A stretch of 64,000 bases of DNA from assembly GCA_963716425.1 (NCBI GenBank), contig OY970310.1, forward strand, positions 1,798,807 to 1,862,806, in the 5' to 3' direction. The notes beneath the pieces were generated by a model. It saw only the letters and a list, made by a program, of their open reading frames with translations, ran no database searches and was not told the DNA's origin. Position numbers and translations under genes: made by a program. This document shows, one piece after another, positions 9,439 to 19,036 of the stretch (position 1 is its first letter; the number at the start of each line of letters is the position of its first letter). The DNA comes from Candidatus Babeliales bacterium. GTDB lineage: Bacteria > Babelota > Babeliae > Babelales > JBFXEV01.

Positions 9439-9524
9439 GCACGGTAAATTAACTTAACTTTAATTATACTTGACGCTGATCAGAACTACTTCTCTTGCGG
9501 GATTCTAGACTTGAATTTACTTCT
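9388..9524. repeat. direct repeat copy 2 (functional 5' end/upstream region of the 8158-9438 gene)
   Basis: See copy 1 at 7988-8128. Confidence 0.75.
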
Positions 9525-9530
9525 TTAGGA

Positions 9531-9657
9531 TCGCCGGTTTCTTGTAGCATCGATCTGAATTGACACTCACTGGCTTAAAAGCCGGTGATTCTTGCTTCAC
9601 CGAGTTAGCCAATGCTAAGCTCTCCACAAGCTTTGAGGGCGATAAGTCCTGCCGCCC
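9531..9657 (-). ncRNA. candidate structured RNA or long structured 5' leader (unclassified)
   Basis: Locally GC-richer island in an AT-rich spacer. Minus-strand hairpins by eye: GGGCG-n11-CGCCC, TTAGC-attg-GCTAA, GGTGA-n8-TCACC, GGCT-ttta-AGCC, GATCG-n17-CGATC. A sigma70-like promoter lies immediately upstream. Confidence 0.25.
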
Positions 9658-9662
9658 TAATA

Positions 9663-9691
9663 TTTATACTCGCGTTTAAATCTCTATCCAA
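9663..9691 (-). promoter_or_regulatory. sigma70-like promoter candidate (TTGGAT-17 nt-TATAAA on minus strand)
   Basis: Read on the reverse complement. It sits just upstream of the GC-rich island and about 230 nt upstream of the ANK start at 9438. Confidence 0.35.
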
Positions 9692-9739
9692 ATAAAAAAG
9701 AAATAGTTTGGAAAAGAGTGAATTTATGCATCATCTTTT

Positions 9740-10981
9740 CTAGACTGATTTGCGTAATGGTTTTAATTCCTGTGCTTGACTGCTCATAAACGCATTCTCT
9801 TGCGTGTGCTCTTGCTTAAGATTCCTACAAAAAATTACAGCATCATCATAAAAATTCTCGTGTACTAAGTCCGGATCAACCAAACAGCTCATCACATTGC
9901 TTGGCTGGATACACATTACTTTTGTTCCGTGAGCCGTTTCCATGCTTACCACTGCATGAATAGTTTCAAGAAAACATGCAATTAATCCTTCAGTTGAATA
10001 GTCTTCAAGTGGTATACTTTTGACCCGGTTACCAGCTGCAATAAGTAGCATTGAATGCACAAAATTTCTTTTATGCTTACTTAAAATGTCACCAGTATAC
10101 AAGCAATGTAATGGTGTTAATAATGCGCTATTGCTTACCCCAAGTTGCGCCCTATAAAACAATAAAAACGCAATCCATTTTTCTAACCTTTTGTGGGCAG
10201 CATAATGTAAGGCAGTGTTGCCATCACGATCCACTCCGTCTATATCTGCCTCATAGGCGATCAGCATGTGCGCAAGAGTAAATGCCGCCTCATCATCGCT
10301 TGACTTACCGTAAGATGGTGTTATTCCTACAAGATAATGGAGCGGCCTTTTGCCGCCCGCACCCTGCGCATCGGGATCCGCATTATATTGCAATAGTAAC
10401 TTCGCCTTGTTGCAATCTAATGCGAGCATTGCATGGTGTAATGGAAAGCCATTTTTATCACGGGCTCCATTGGGATTTGCACCGTCTTCAAGTAATGCCC
10501 ACATAGCATTCATATCTGCAGTAAGCAATTGACGACATTTCCAGCCATGCACAAAAACATCAAGAATGCTCAAACCTTTATTATCTAGGGCCGTGTCATG
10601 CGCTCCATGTTTGCGCAAACAATCAATAAGGGGTTTTGCATCCAAATATGCAGCTGCGTGAAGCGGCGCACGACCTCTTATATTTTCAGCATTTACTTGA
10701 GCCCCGTGAGCAACTAGTAACTCAACGATAGAAACCACAGATTGTTTTTGCTGCGTCTCATCACAACGCTCAGCACGGCCGACCGCATGATGCAAAAAGC
10801 TATTTTTCTCACTATCAACGTGGTGTACGTTTGCTCCTTGCACTAATGCACGTTGTACGCGGTCAAAGTCTAAACGTGCAATGCCCTCACGCAATTCATC
10901 AGTGTAATCAATAGTTACCTCTTCCATGCCGTTGAGCGTGCAAGAGAATATGGCAAGTAACACATAAAAAAGTAATTTCAT
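9740..10981 (-). CDS. ankyrin-repeat protein with signal peptide
   Basis: 'GRAPLHAAAYLDAKPLIDCLRKHGA', 'GNTALHYAAHKRLEKWIAFLLFYRAQ' ANK units. Signal 'MKLLFYVLLAIFSCTLNG'. Confidence 0.85.
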   Translation of the reverse strand: MKLLFYVLLAIFSCTLNGMEEVTIDYTDELREGIARLDFDRVQRALVQGANVHHVDSEKNSFLHHAVGRAERCDETQQKQSVVSIVELLVAHGAQVNAENIRGRAPLHAAAYLDAKPLIDCLRKHGAHDTALDNKGLSILDVFVHGWKCRQLLTADMNAMWALLEDGANPNGARDKNGFPLHHAMLALDCNKAKLLLQYNADPDAQGAGGKRPLHYLVGITPSYGKSSDDEAAFTLAHMLIAYEADIDGVDRDGNTALHYAAHKRLEKWIAFLLFYRAQLGVSNSALLTPLHCLYTGDILSKHKRNFVHSMLLIAAGNRVKSIPLEDYSTEGLIACFLETIHAVVSMETAHGTKVMCIQPSNVMSCLVDPDLVHENFYDDAVIFCRNLKQEHTQENAFMSSQAQELKPLRKSV

Positions 10982-11015
10982 GATTTAATTCCCAAAAAAT
11001 TTTCTTACTCAAACT

Positions 11016-11891
11016 CTAGAACATGTTAACAAGAAGCATACCACACCCTGAGCCTCCCCCATACCCACCACCTTTTGGTGCAGTTTTTTCCCATTCTTCC
11101 GTTAATTTTTTGATCACCGCTTCGCGCTCCTGTTTTTTTGCTTGTCTATGTACTGGCCCATCAAATTGCGCTTGTTTGCTCTTTTCTTTGCAAGCAAGAA
11201 AATGCTGCAAAACCTTTTGACCCTTTTCTTGCGCACAATCGGCTGGTGTTTCCCCTGAAGAAGTTTTCAGTTCTGGATCAGCACCATATTCAAAAAGCAG
11301 TTCAACCATATTAGGAATAAAAAGCATACAAGCAATATGTAACGGTGTACGTTTAAAGTTGCTTAAACTATCAGGATGAGCGCCATACGCAAGTAATAAG
11401 CGAGCACACTCAACCTTATTACGCTTACATGCTATATACAAAGGAGTTTCACAATTAAAAAATGGATCCTTTAAAGCAGCATCACTATACTCTTTATCTG
11501 GCTCACATCCTGCAGCAAGTAGTTGTTCAACTCCCTTTACGTTACCCTGCAGTATATACTCCTTCAACTTTTCAAGACCAGAGTCTTGCATAATTCTTGG
11601 GCATGTAAGCATCATCTCTATATCATGTTGCTCAATATTCTTACGCAATTTCTCCTCATAGCAACCCCGCGCCCATTTCATCGCATACAAAGGATTTTTG
11701 AATTCAGGGCTTCCTCCTTGCCCTTCTTGTTGGTCCATCCGCCGTTGCTCCTCTGGAGCTTTGGCATGACTGGTATGGTGACCTAGCCCCTGTCCACCGG
11801 AATCTTGATGCAGGCGAGTTGGCAAAGTTGAATCCATCGCCATTGCGCTCATTACACCCGAGACCACTACAACTAATACTAATCTATTCAT
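11016..11891 (-). CDS. ankyrin-repeat protein with signal peptide
   Basis: 'ETPLYIACKRNKVECARLLLAYGAHPDSLSNFKRTPLHIAC'. Start set at 'MNRLVLVVVVSG' (ATG 11891). The 'MMMSENY' extension is read from a relic of a neighbouring paralog's C-terminus. Confidence 0.8.
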   Translation of the reverse strand: MNRLVLVVVVSGVMSAMAMDSTLPTRLHQDSGGQGLGHHTSHAKAPEEQRRMDQQEGQGGSPEFKNPLYAMKWARGCYEEKLRKNIEQHDIEMMLTCPRIMQDSGLEKLKEYILQGNVKGVEQLLAAGCEPDKEYSDAALKDPFFNCETPLYIACKRNKVECARLLLAYGAHPDSLSNFKRTPLHIACMLFIPNMVELLFEYGADPELKTSSGETPADCAQEKGQKVLQHFLACKEKSKQAQFDGPVHRQAKKQEREAVIKKLTEEWEKTAPKGGGYGGGSGCGMLLVNMF

Positions 11892-11960
11892 ATAGTTTTC
11901 ACTCATCATCATAAAGACGTTTTACATCCATATAGCTATCTACCGAAATTTTACCAAAAT

Positions 11961-13409
11961 TTAAAAAACATCATCTCTTCGTCTATTAATTAATTCAAGC
12001 ACAAATCTCTCAAGGCCCTCTTCCTCCAGTAAAAGTTGAGCTCTGGCTGAGCAAGACCAAGTGCTATGGTCACAATCCTTAGTAGTACATATCATATTAA
12101 GAACCGTTTGCCCTTTCTTATTTTCTAGCGCTAATACACGCCTTAATTTTTGCAACGTATGCTGTATGTCTGATTTCTTAAGAATGTGCTTTTTTTTCTC
12201 CCCATTAAGAATATAAGTGTGGAGTTCAGTTTGAGAAAAAATAATTGAGCTTAACACCTTACGGTAAAAACTTCCTCTATATTTTTTCGGCTGATTCCAG
12301 AGCTCACAAATCTTATGAAATATGGTACACCCACCTGTTATTGCGCCACCAAAATGGGTATTACCTCCTTCATTTTGCATATCAAAGATTGCACCGTTAA
12401 GCAACGATAAGTCAAACACATCAAAAAACCTAAAAGTATTCGTGTACTCAGAAGAATCATACGCTGCAAGCATTATTTTAATCAATTCATGCATCAATGG
12501 CTCGCCCACAGAGTCATCTCGCCATTTATCTATCAGCGTCATATTTAATGGAGCACCCATTCTCACCAGCAGTCCAGCAATGGCAAAATGATGAGCTTCT
12601 AATGCAACCTGCAATGGCATTTTCCCTCTAAAATTAAAGTCATCAAATAAACGACCTGTTTGGGGAAAAATCATGGCAACATCTATGCCTGGGCATTCTT
12701 CAAGCGACTTAAGCAAACATATATCACCTTGAGAAATAGTCGTAAAAAGTTTTAACGCCATCTCCGTGGATTGTAATTCTTTCGACTCCGGTCTTTCAAT
12801 GGCCACATCTTCTAATGGTAAAACTGTTTGTGAAGAAAAAATCGATTTAAAAACGGTATCGCAAATGTGTTCTCGAAACAGTGTCCTAAGCTTCCAATTC
12901 TCATATACATCTTTTACTGTTTGTCCACGATTATTCTTCTCATCAAAATCTGCACCATGCCATCTTAAGATCCCAATAAAATCTACACAAGCTGCAACGC
13001 GACTTTTCATGGCATAATCTGTGGTGCTAGATTCAATTTCACCAAGCATCGCTCGCACTACAGTGTGTAATGGCGTATCGCCACTATAATCAGGTTCTCT
13101 TACCCCCTTTACCTGGGCACCTGCCTCTAACAGCATATGAGCCGCAATGATATGTCCACTATCAATTGCTACTTGCAATGGCGTTCTTCTTCTTAGGAAG
13201 GGATCACTCAATGTAGACGTTTGCGTAACTGAGGGATTAACCTTTGCGCCCTCTCTAAGAAACCGTTGCACCAACGAAACATCTCCCCGATGAGCTGCTC
13301 TTAGAAGTTGTTTATCAACCTTGCAAAGTGCAGCTTCTTGTTGGCTTTGATCCATTGCTCCTGCACTCATTACACCTGCGGCCACTATAACCAATACTAA
13401 TCTATTCAT
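11961..13409 (-). CDS. ANK + 'TIFHKIC' module family protein (paralog family A)
   Basis: ANK units ('RRTPLQVAIDSGHIIAAHMLLEAGAQV') plus the family module 'GCTIFHKICELWNQPKKYRGSFYRKVLSSIIFSQTELHTYILNGE...ICTTKDCDHS'. Start set at MNRLVLV (13409). Confidence 0.8.
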   Translation of the reverse strand: MNRLVLVIVAAGVMSAGAMDQSQQEAALCKVDKQLLRAAHRGDVSLVQRFLREGAKVNPSVTQTSTLSDPFLRRRTPLQVAIDSGHIIAAHMLLEAGAQVKGVREPDYSGDTPLHTVVRAMLGEIESSTTDYAMKSRVAACVDFIGILRWHGADFDEKNNRGQTVKDVYENWKLRTLFREHICDTVFKSIFSSQTVLPLEDVAIERPESKELQSTEMALKLFTTISQGDICLLKSLEECPGIDVAMIFPQTGRLFDDFNFRGKMPLQVALEAHHFAIAGLLVRMGAPLNMTLIDKWRDDSVGEPLMHELIKIMLAAYDSSEYTNTFRFFDVFDLSLLNGAIFDMQNEGGNTHFGGAITGGCTIFHKICELWNQPKKYRGSFYRKVLSSIIFSQTELHTYILNGEKKKHILKKSDIQHTLQKLRRVLALENKKGQTVLNMICTTKDCDHSTWSCSARAQLLLEEEGLERFVLELINRRRDDVF

Positions 13410-13416
13410 ATATTTT

Positions 13417-14886
13417 TCACTCATCATCATAAAAACGTCTTACGTACCTATTAATAAATTCTACAACCCTCAGTTTATTATGTTCATTAACACCTATTAA
13501 TAACTCTGCTCTACCATTGCATGCGCTATGGTCACATGCAGGTACTTGACATACAAGGTCAAGAATAGCTTTCCCGTGAAGATCAGTCACAGACATTACT
13601 GCGTGAAGTTTCGCGATCATCTGCTGCATGTTGGTAAGATATATATGCTCCTTTGCTTTACCATCAAGGTAATATTCATGCAATACCGTTTGCGCAGAAA
13701 AAATCTCTTGTAGCAATACAAAATAAAAACGCTGCCTCATCTTCGTTGCATCAGGCCAACCGGAACAGATTTCATGAAAAACAGTTCTGCCCCGCTTGTT
13801 GCGTGCACCCACTTCTGCACCATAATATAACAATAATGACATTATTTCACGATATTTGGCTAGACTTTTTTTAACAGAACCATGGCCTTCAGCAACTTCC
13901 TGATCATGTTCAACAATCATTTTCTTGACCAATGCATGGAGTGAGGTATCGCCTTGGGCATTGCGCGTATTTACTTGAGCACCAGCCTCCAGTAACATTC
14001 CTACTATCATAAAACGACCGGCTTCCAAGGCAACATGCAATGGAATCGGTTTACCCGCTGCATAAGGCATATGATCAAGTATTTTTCTCTCAAGAAATAA
14101 CTGAATCAGTCCTACGTCACCCGTACGAATGGCCCTCAAAAAGGTATTATCATCCCCTTGATAATCCCGGGCAACAATATCAAAACAGCTACAAGGTTCA
14201 TCATGCGCATAATCACCCGCCAAATCTTTTATTGTTTTGCCCTCACCATTTGGTAATGCAAGTATTTGTTTTACAATGGCAATCACCTCTTGAATATCAG
14301 GTTGAAACTCAGCCACTTCAACTTCCCCCTCCACAATATAGTCGTTCAATGGTGATTGTGCAGAAAAAATTGCATGCAACAAACCGCAATGTATATGTCT
14401 TATTGCAATGGGTGATCCTGCGCACACCTCATGGAACACTGTATTACCTTGCAGGTTTTGATTACCACATTGTGCACCATAGTATAAGAGCAAGTTTATA
14501 ACTTCCATATAACTGCCAGCACGGACATTAGTACATATAGTATGATCGTATGCTTTGGCATCCTTAACCATATTTTTGACAACAGTATGTAACGGTGTAT
14601 TACCAAAAATATCTTGTACTTTCACCGGAGCGCCGCTTGCAACGAGCAGCCGTGCTACCCCAAATCGTTGTGCCTCGAGCGCAACCTCAAGAGGAGTCTT
14701 CTCTTGCATTACCGTATCTACTCTCGCACGGCGTTCCAGCAACAGCTTAAGCAAGGGTATTTCACCCTTTTGAGCTGCTTCGTGTAATAGAACGTCATTG
14801 CGTGATAAGGTAGAATCTTTCGGCGATTTCATAGCGTGCACACCACCCACACACAACAACATCACACTCATACTAAGCTTTCTCAT
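13417..14886 (-). CDS. ANK + 'TVFHE(I/V)C' double-module family protein (paralog family A)
   Basis: Two [ANK block + 'G(N/R)TVFHE(V/I)C...IFSAQ...' module] units. Good RBS (GGAGGAG) upstream of ATG 14886. About 60-70% identical by eye to 17543-19036. Confidence 0.85.
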   Translation of the reverse strand: MRKLSMSVMLLCVGGVHAMKSPKDSTLSRNDVLLHEAAQKGEIPLLKLLLERRARVDTVMQEKTPLEVALEAQRFGVARLLVASGAPVKVQDIFGNTPLHTVVKNMVKDAKAYDHTICTNVRAGSYMEVINLLLYYGAQCGNQNLQGNTVFHEVCAGSPIAIRHIHCGLLHAIFSAQSPLNDYIVEGEVEVAEFQPDIQEVIAIVKQILALPNGEGKTIKDLAGDYAHDEPCSCFDIVARDYQGDDNTFLRAIRTGDVGLIQLFLERKILDHMPYAAGKPIPLHVALEAGRFMIVGMLLEAGAQVNTRNAQGDTSLHALVKKMIVEHDQEVAEGHGSVKKSLAKYREIMSLLLYYGAEVGARNKRGRTVFHEICSGWPDATKMRQRFYFVLLQEIFSAQTVLHEYYLDGKAKEHIYLTNMQQMIAKLHAVMSVTDLHGKAILDLVCQVPACDHSACNGRAELLIGVNEHNKLRVVEFINRYVRRFYDDE

Positions 14887-14931
14887 ATTTCTTACTCCTC
14901 CAAAGAAAATAGTAAGCCAGGCTTTGAATCA

Positions 14932-15417
14932 TTAGATTTTATACACCGTCAATGGATTACCCTGGTGCTTGATAAATGCTAACAAATCTTGTGGTGCAAT
15001 AGTAAGTGTTGCGGTATTTCTTAATGGATGAAAGCTCAACAAATCAGCAGAAAGCAAGTTTTCATCAAGAATTATGTGCACAACATGATCGATATCGTTA
15101 ATTAGCCCGAATGGGGTAACTGAACCTGGTTTTAATCCTAAATACTGCTCAAGAAGTTCAGGTTGCGCAAAACGTAATCCTTTGGCATCTAAATCTTTTG
15201 CAATTTTACGCAATTCAACTGGCGCTTTATTGTAGGCTACAATAAGCCAAAATCGTTTTTTATCATCTTTTAAAAAGAGATTTTTACAATGAGTGCCAGG
15301 AACATACCCAGCCACTTTTTCTGATTGCTCTACCGTAAAAAGTGGTTCATGTTCATATGCTTGATATGAAATAGAAAGTTCTTTTAGCAAATCGTATAAT
15401 TTTTGTTCAGCATTCAT
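14932..15417 (-). CDS. YbaK/ProX-type aminoacyl-tRNA deacylase (prolyl-tRNA editing domain protein)
   Basis: 161 aa. 'THCKNLFLKDDKKRFWLIV', 'GLKPGSVTPFGLIND' and 'FHPLRNTATL' are the characteristic ProX/PrdX motifs. Confidence 0.8.
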   Translation of the reverse strand: MNAEQKLYDLLKELSISYQAYEHEPLFTVEQSEKVAGYVPGTHCKNLFLKDDKKRFWLIVAYNKAPVELRKIAKDLDAKGLRFAQPELLEQYLGLKPGSVTPFGLINDIDHVVHIILDENLLSADLLSFHPLRNTATLTIAPQDLLAFIKHQGNPLTVYKI

Positions 15418-15423
15418 AGTTTT

Positions 15424-17442
15424 TCACTTATCTGTTTTAATATCTTCATAAAGCCCAAGAACCCATTTATACGTTTCATGTACTTCTACGGCCTGATCAT
15501 GCCGCAGAAAACCAATAAGGCGATTTTTAAATGTACATGTAGTACCCAACAATAAAGATCCTACACACCAATACTCTTCATGAGTACATGGCTTGCGGTC
15601 ATTACATACCATTTCAAGAGGAGAAACGTACTGATTATCTTTGAGAGCCAGCACCTCATGCAAACGATTACTCATCTCTATAATATCTTGCTGCTGATCG
15701 AGCTCCTCTTGCTTGCCTTCTCTATGATGTGTGGCAAGCTCTGTTTGGGTGGTAAAAATCAATCTAAGCAATTTACGATACAAAATATCTCTTTGTTTTG
15801 CACTGGCAGACCAATCCGCACACAGTTCATGAAATATTGTTTTACCCTGGCTATTTTGCGCTCCAAAATCATACCCTTGCCTTAGCAACGCTTCAATAGT
15901 TTCAAACTCAGTCTTAAAGAATAAAAGACGCTCTTCAAAACTCATTTCTTTAAACGATGGAATAAATTCGGTGAGTCGATCGTGTTTTTGCAATATCATT
16001 TTAACTACCGTATGCAAAGGAGTATCGCCCTCTACTCGCGGATAGGTAATAGCAAAAGCTTTTCGAAAACGCACAAATTGTGCAAACCTTGCATCACTGC
16101 GCTCTTGTGCTTGTAATCGACCAAGTACCAGCGCTGTTGCGGGCAACTGCCATTCTGCGTGAGTTTCTTGTGCAACATCTTGCACGGTTTTTTCAGGCTG
16201 ATGCCAAATCCCATGTCCATGCATGTGTCTACCACGTGCACCACTTTTTAATAATATATCAATAAATTTTTGTAATTTGGACTCATATCCATCAAACCGA
16301 TAACTATGCTGAACAAGAAGATCAAGAGCCGTAAGCCCTTTACCATTTTTTGCTAAAGGATCAACACCGTTCTTCAAGTAAAAATCAATTACATTTGCTT
16401 GCGCTAGACGGCCATGCTTTGCAATATGATGTAACGGAGTATTTCCCTGTTCATCCCTTAAACTCAACATGCCATATTGCTGCAGTAACTGTAACATGGG
16501 AACAGATCGAGCACAGAACGAGTTTCCTATCAAATCCATCCTATGCTGCAACATATATGACACCAAATCATAATCATCTTGCAACAATGCAAACTGAAAA
16601 AGTTTAGTATCTGGATTATTAAAAATTGTTGCAACAATTCTGAAGGTATGCCAATCATTCAACAATGCTTTCCATTTTTTGGCAAGCCTTCTCCCTTGAT
16701 CTTCCGATAATTGTTCTACATTTTGTAACACCCTTTTCCAAGTAGCATATGCAGGATCTTTTTGAAGTTCGCTACATTTCAACACTGCTCCGGCAGGATG
16801 CACTGATAAGACATTTTCCGGCACACAGTCAAGATCTACCACCATCTCACTCATGTGCTCTGATTGCGCATTGGCCAAACAATCACAAAATATCGGTTCA
16901 GGTTTTTGAAGGTCCTGTGGATGTGTCTGCCTTAAGGAAGCACTTCGCGCCACCATATCAGTTGTTGACTCAAAGTAATATAAATATAATAAGTGGCTTG
17001 CAACTTCACCACGCTTAAACTTTCTATAGTTCAAGTAATCACTGCATGTTTTGCCATGAGTATCTTTTTTTTCGGTGCCCTCATTCTTTTTTAATAACCA
17101 TAACATCTGATCAAGTGATTGCTCAAGCGTTTCTGGTGTCACTTTGCGCGCAATGTCATGTAGCAGATACCTGCTGTGGCAAGTTGTATCAAATCTTCTT
17201 GTTTCCAATGGTGCATGTGAATTATCCTTTGCCCCTGCACTCATCATAGCTAAATTATTTGGAAATACTGTATCAACGTTGGCGCCATGTGCAAGCTGAA
17301 ACTTAACCAATGGGATACTTCCCTTTTGAACTTCTGGCAAAAGCAATCTATCTTGTTGAGTGAACCCTGATTTTTGTGAATGGTCCATCCCACACACACT
17401 CATAACACCCATTACTAGCACAACCAACAATAATCTGTTCAT
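15424..17442 (-). CDS. ANK + 'TIFHELC' module family protein, long divergent member (paralog family A)
   Basis: 'GNTPLHHIAKHGRLAQANVIDFYLKNGVDPLAKNGKGLTALD' ANK units. C-terminal 'GKTIFHELCADWSASAKQRDILYRKLLRLIFTTQTELATHHREGK'. Signal 'MNRLLLVVLVMGVMSVCG'. Confidence 0.8.
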   Translation of the reverse strand: MNRLLLVVLVMGVMSVCGMDHSQKSGFTQQDRLLLPEVQKGSIPLVKFQLAHGANVDTVFPNNLAMMSAGAKDNSHAPLETRRFDTTCHSRYLLHDIARKVTPETLEQSLDQMLWLLKKNEGTEKKDTHGKTCSDYLNYRKFKRGEVASHLLYLYYFESTTDMVARSASLRQTHPQDLQKPEPIFCDCLANAQSEHMSEMVVDLDCVPENVLSVHPAGAVLKCSELQKDPAYATWKRVLQNVEQLSEDQGRRLAKKWKALLNDWHTFRIVATIFNNPDTKLFQFALLQDDYDLVSYMLQHRMDLIGNSFCARSVPMLQLLQQYGMLSLRDEQGNTPLHHIAKHGRLAQANVIDFYLKNGVDPLAKNGKGLTALDLLVQHSYRFDGYESKLQKFIDILLKSGARGRHMHGHGIWHQPEKTVQDVAQETHAEWQLPATALVLGRLQAQERSDARFAQFVRFRKAFAITYPRVEGDTPLHTVVKMILQKHDRLTEFIPSFKEMSFEERLLFFKTEFETIEALLRQGYDFGAQNSQGKTIFHELCADWSASAKQRDILYRKLLRLIFTTQTELATHHREGKQEELDQQQDIIEMSNRLHEVLALKDNQYVSPLEMVCNDRKPCTHEEYWCVGSLLLGTTCTFKNRLIGFLRHDQAVEVHETYKWVLGLYEDIKTDK

Positions 17443-17542
17443 AATCTTTCACTTATATTAGTTCACCGTTACAACTCAACCAAACAGTATACGTATTTTA
17501 CACATGATACTCCATACCATGTGCTGAACATATGCAAGCAAG

Positions 17543-19036
17543 CTACTGCATGTCTTCAGTTTCGGTAGCCTCATCCTCATAAAAACGGTCTACATCCATA
17601 CCCTCTATTAAGCGCAGAAACCTATGCGTGCCATCTTGACCAACACCTAGCAACAACTTTGCGCGAGCAGAACATAAAGTATGATCACATTCTTTATTAA
17701 CACATACCAAATGAAGAATGGTTCTTCCACGCTTATCTTGTGCAGCTGTCACTCCATGCAACTTTCTCACTATCCGTTGTATATCTGCCAAATACATAAG
17801 AACATCTGCCTTACTATCAAGATAAAATTTATGCAATCCGGTTTGTGCAGAAAAAATTAATCGTACCAATTCACAATAAAAATATTGCCTCATCTTCTTG
17901 GCCTGAGGCCAATCAGCACAAATTTCATGAAATACTGTTCTGCCCTTCTTATTTTGTGCACCTACATCTGCACCATGACAGAGCAATAATAATAATATTT
18001 CACGATACTTTGCTATAGTATCTTCAACCGAACCACGGCCAAAATATACTTGATGATCAAACTCGCAAACCATATTCCTGACCAGTTTATGAAGCGGCGT
18101 ATCATCTTGAGAATCATGAGCATTCACACACCCAGCTTTAGCTTCCAGCAACATCCCTGCGATGATAAAACGTTCTGCATCTAATGCAGCATGCAATGGA
18201 ATCCCTACTTTATTTGCATACGTAATTTGCTCAAGCACTTTCCTTTCAAGAAACAACTTAACCAAACCCACATCTCCGGTTCTAACCGCTCTAATAAAAG
18301 TGGCATCATCCCCATGGTACTGTCCCGGAAGAACATCAAAGCAGCGACACGCTTCACCGCGTGCATAATCACCTGCCATACGTGCTAGAGTTTTACCGGC
18401 AGCATTTTTTAAAGCGAGTACTTTTTTTACTTTGGTAATCATGCACTGCATTTCAGGCTGCGCTTCAGCCTTAGCAACTTCTCCTTCCACGATATAGTCA
18501 TTCAATACTGATTGTCCTGAGAAAATTGAGCGTAACACGCCACAATACAAATGCTTTATCGCGTGTGGCGACCCTGCACATATTTCATGAAACACTGTAT
18601 TGCCCTGCTTGTTTTGTACACTATAGTCTGCTCCGTGACATGCCAACAAGTTCACCATTTCCATATAACTACCTACCTTTGAATCAGTACAAACATCTCG
18701 TGGATTTGCCTTTGCAGCATTAACCATCTGTCTGACCACCATGTGGAGCGGCGTATCACCAAAACGACCTTGTAAATTTACCTGAGCACCCCCCTTGAGA
18801 AGAATTCTTGCTACACCAAACTGTTTTTCTGCAAGAGCAACTTCAAGTGGCGTCATAATTTGTACTGCGGCGTTAACATTTACTTCGCGCTCAACCAACA
18901 CCTTAACCAAAGGCAGTTCACCATCTTTAACTGCTCTCAATAATGCAATGACATTTCGTGTTGTAGCAGGTTCTTGTGGTAACTTCATAGCACTCAAACC
19001 ACAGACACTCATAAGCAATGGTATACAAAATCTCAT
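17543..19036 (-). CDS. ANK + 'TVFHEIC' double-module family protein (paralog family A)
   Basis: Collinear with 13417-14886. Start set at ATG 19036 (MRFCIPLLMSVCGLSA), which is preceded by GGAGAGG. Confidence 0.85.
   Translation of the reverse strand: MRFCIPLLMSVCGLSAMKLPQEPATTRNVIALLRAVKDGELPLVKVLVEREVNVNAAVQIMTPLEVALAEKQFGVARILLKGGAQVNLQGRFGDTPLHMVVRQMVNAAKANPRDVCTDSKVGSYMEMVNLLACHGADYSVQNKQGNTVFHEICAGSPHAIKHLYCGVLRSIFSGQSVLNDYIVEGEVAKAEAQPEMQCMITKVKKVLALKNAAGKTLARMAGDYARGEACRCFDVLPGQYHGDDATFIRAVRTGDVGLVKLFLERKVLEQITYANKVGIPLHAALDAERFIIAGMLLEAKAGCVNAHDSQDDTPLHKLVRNMVCEFDHQVYFGRGSVEDTIAKYREILLLLLCHGADVGAQNKKGRTVFHEICADWPQAKKMRQYFYCELVRLIFSAQTGLHKFYLDSKADVLMYLADIQRIVRKLHGVTAAQDKRGRTILHLVCVNKECDHTLCSARAKLLLGVGQDGTHRFLRLIEGMDVDRFYEDEATETEDMQ

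Noticed and set aside
9531-9657. tRNA, tmRNA, SRP (4.5S) RNA or RNase P RNA
   Set aside because: There is no T-loop (GTTCRANYC) or acceptor/CCA context, no SRP domain-IV 'GGAA...AGCAGC' motif, and no RNase P 'GAGGAAAGTCC' element, and it is too short for RNase P or tmRNA. Kept only as an unclassified candidate.
10051-10532. Three plus-strand ORFs (74-76 aa) antisense to ANK gene 9740-10981, and comparable antisense ORFs in other ANK genes (e.g. 12322-12591, 14040-14501, 16350-16607, 18795-19076)
   Set aside because: They are antisense to motif-supported genes, have no RBS or motifs, and their composition is typical of shadow ORFs.
11892-13430. 'MMMSE(N/K)Y' N-terminal extensions of the 11016 and 11961 genes
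   Set aside because: The conserved nucleotides here are the out-of-frame remnant or overlap of a paralog's C-terminal '...FYDDE*'. The paralog at 15424-17442 starts directly at 'MNRL', so the MNRL ATG was preferred.
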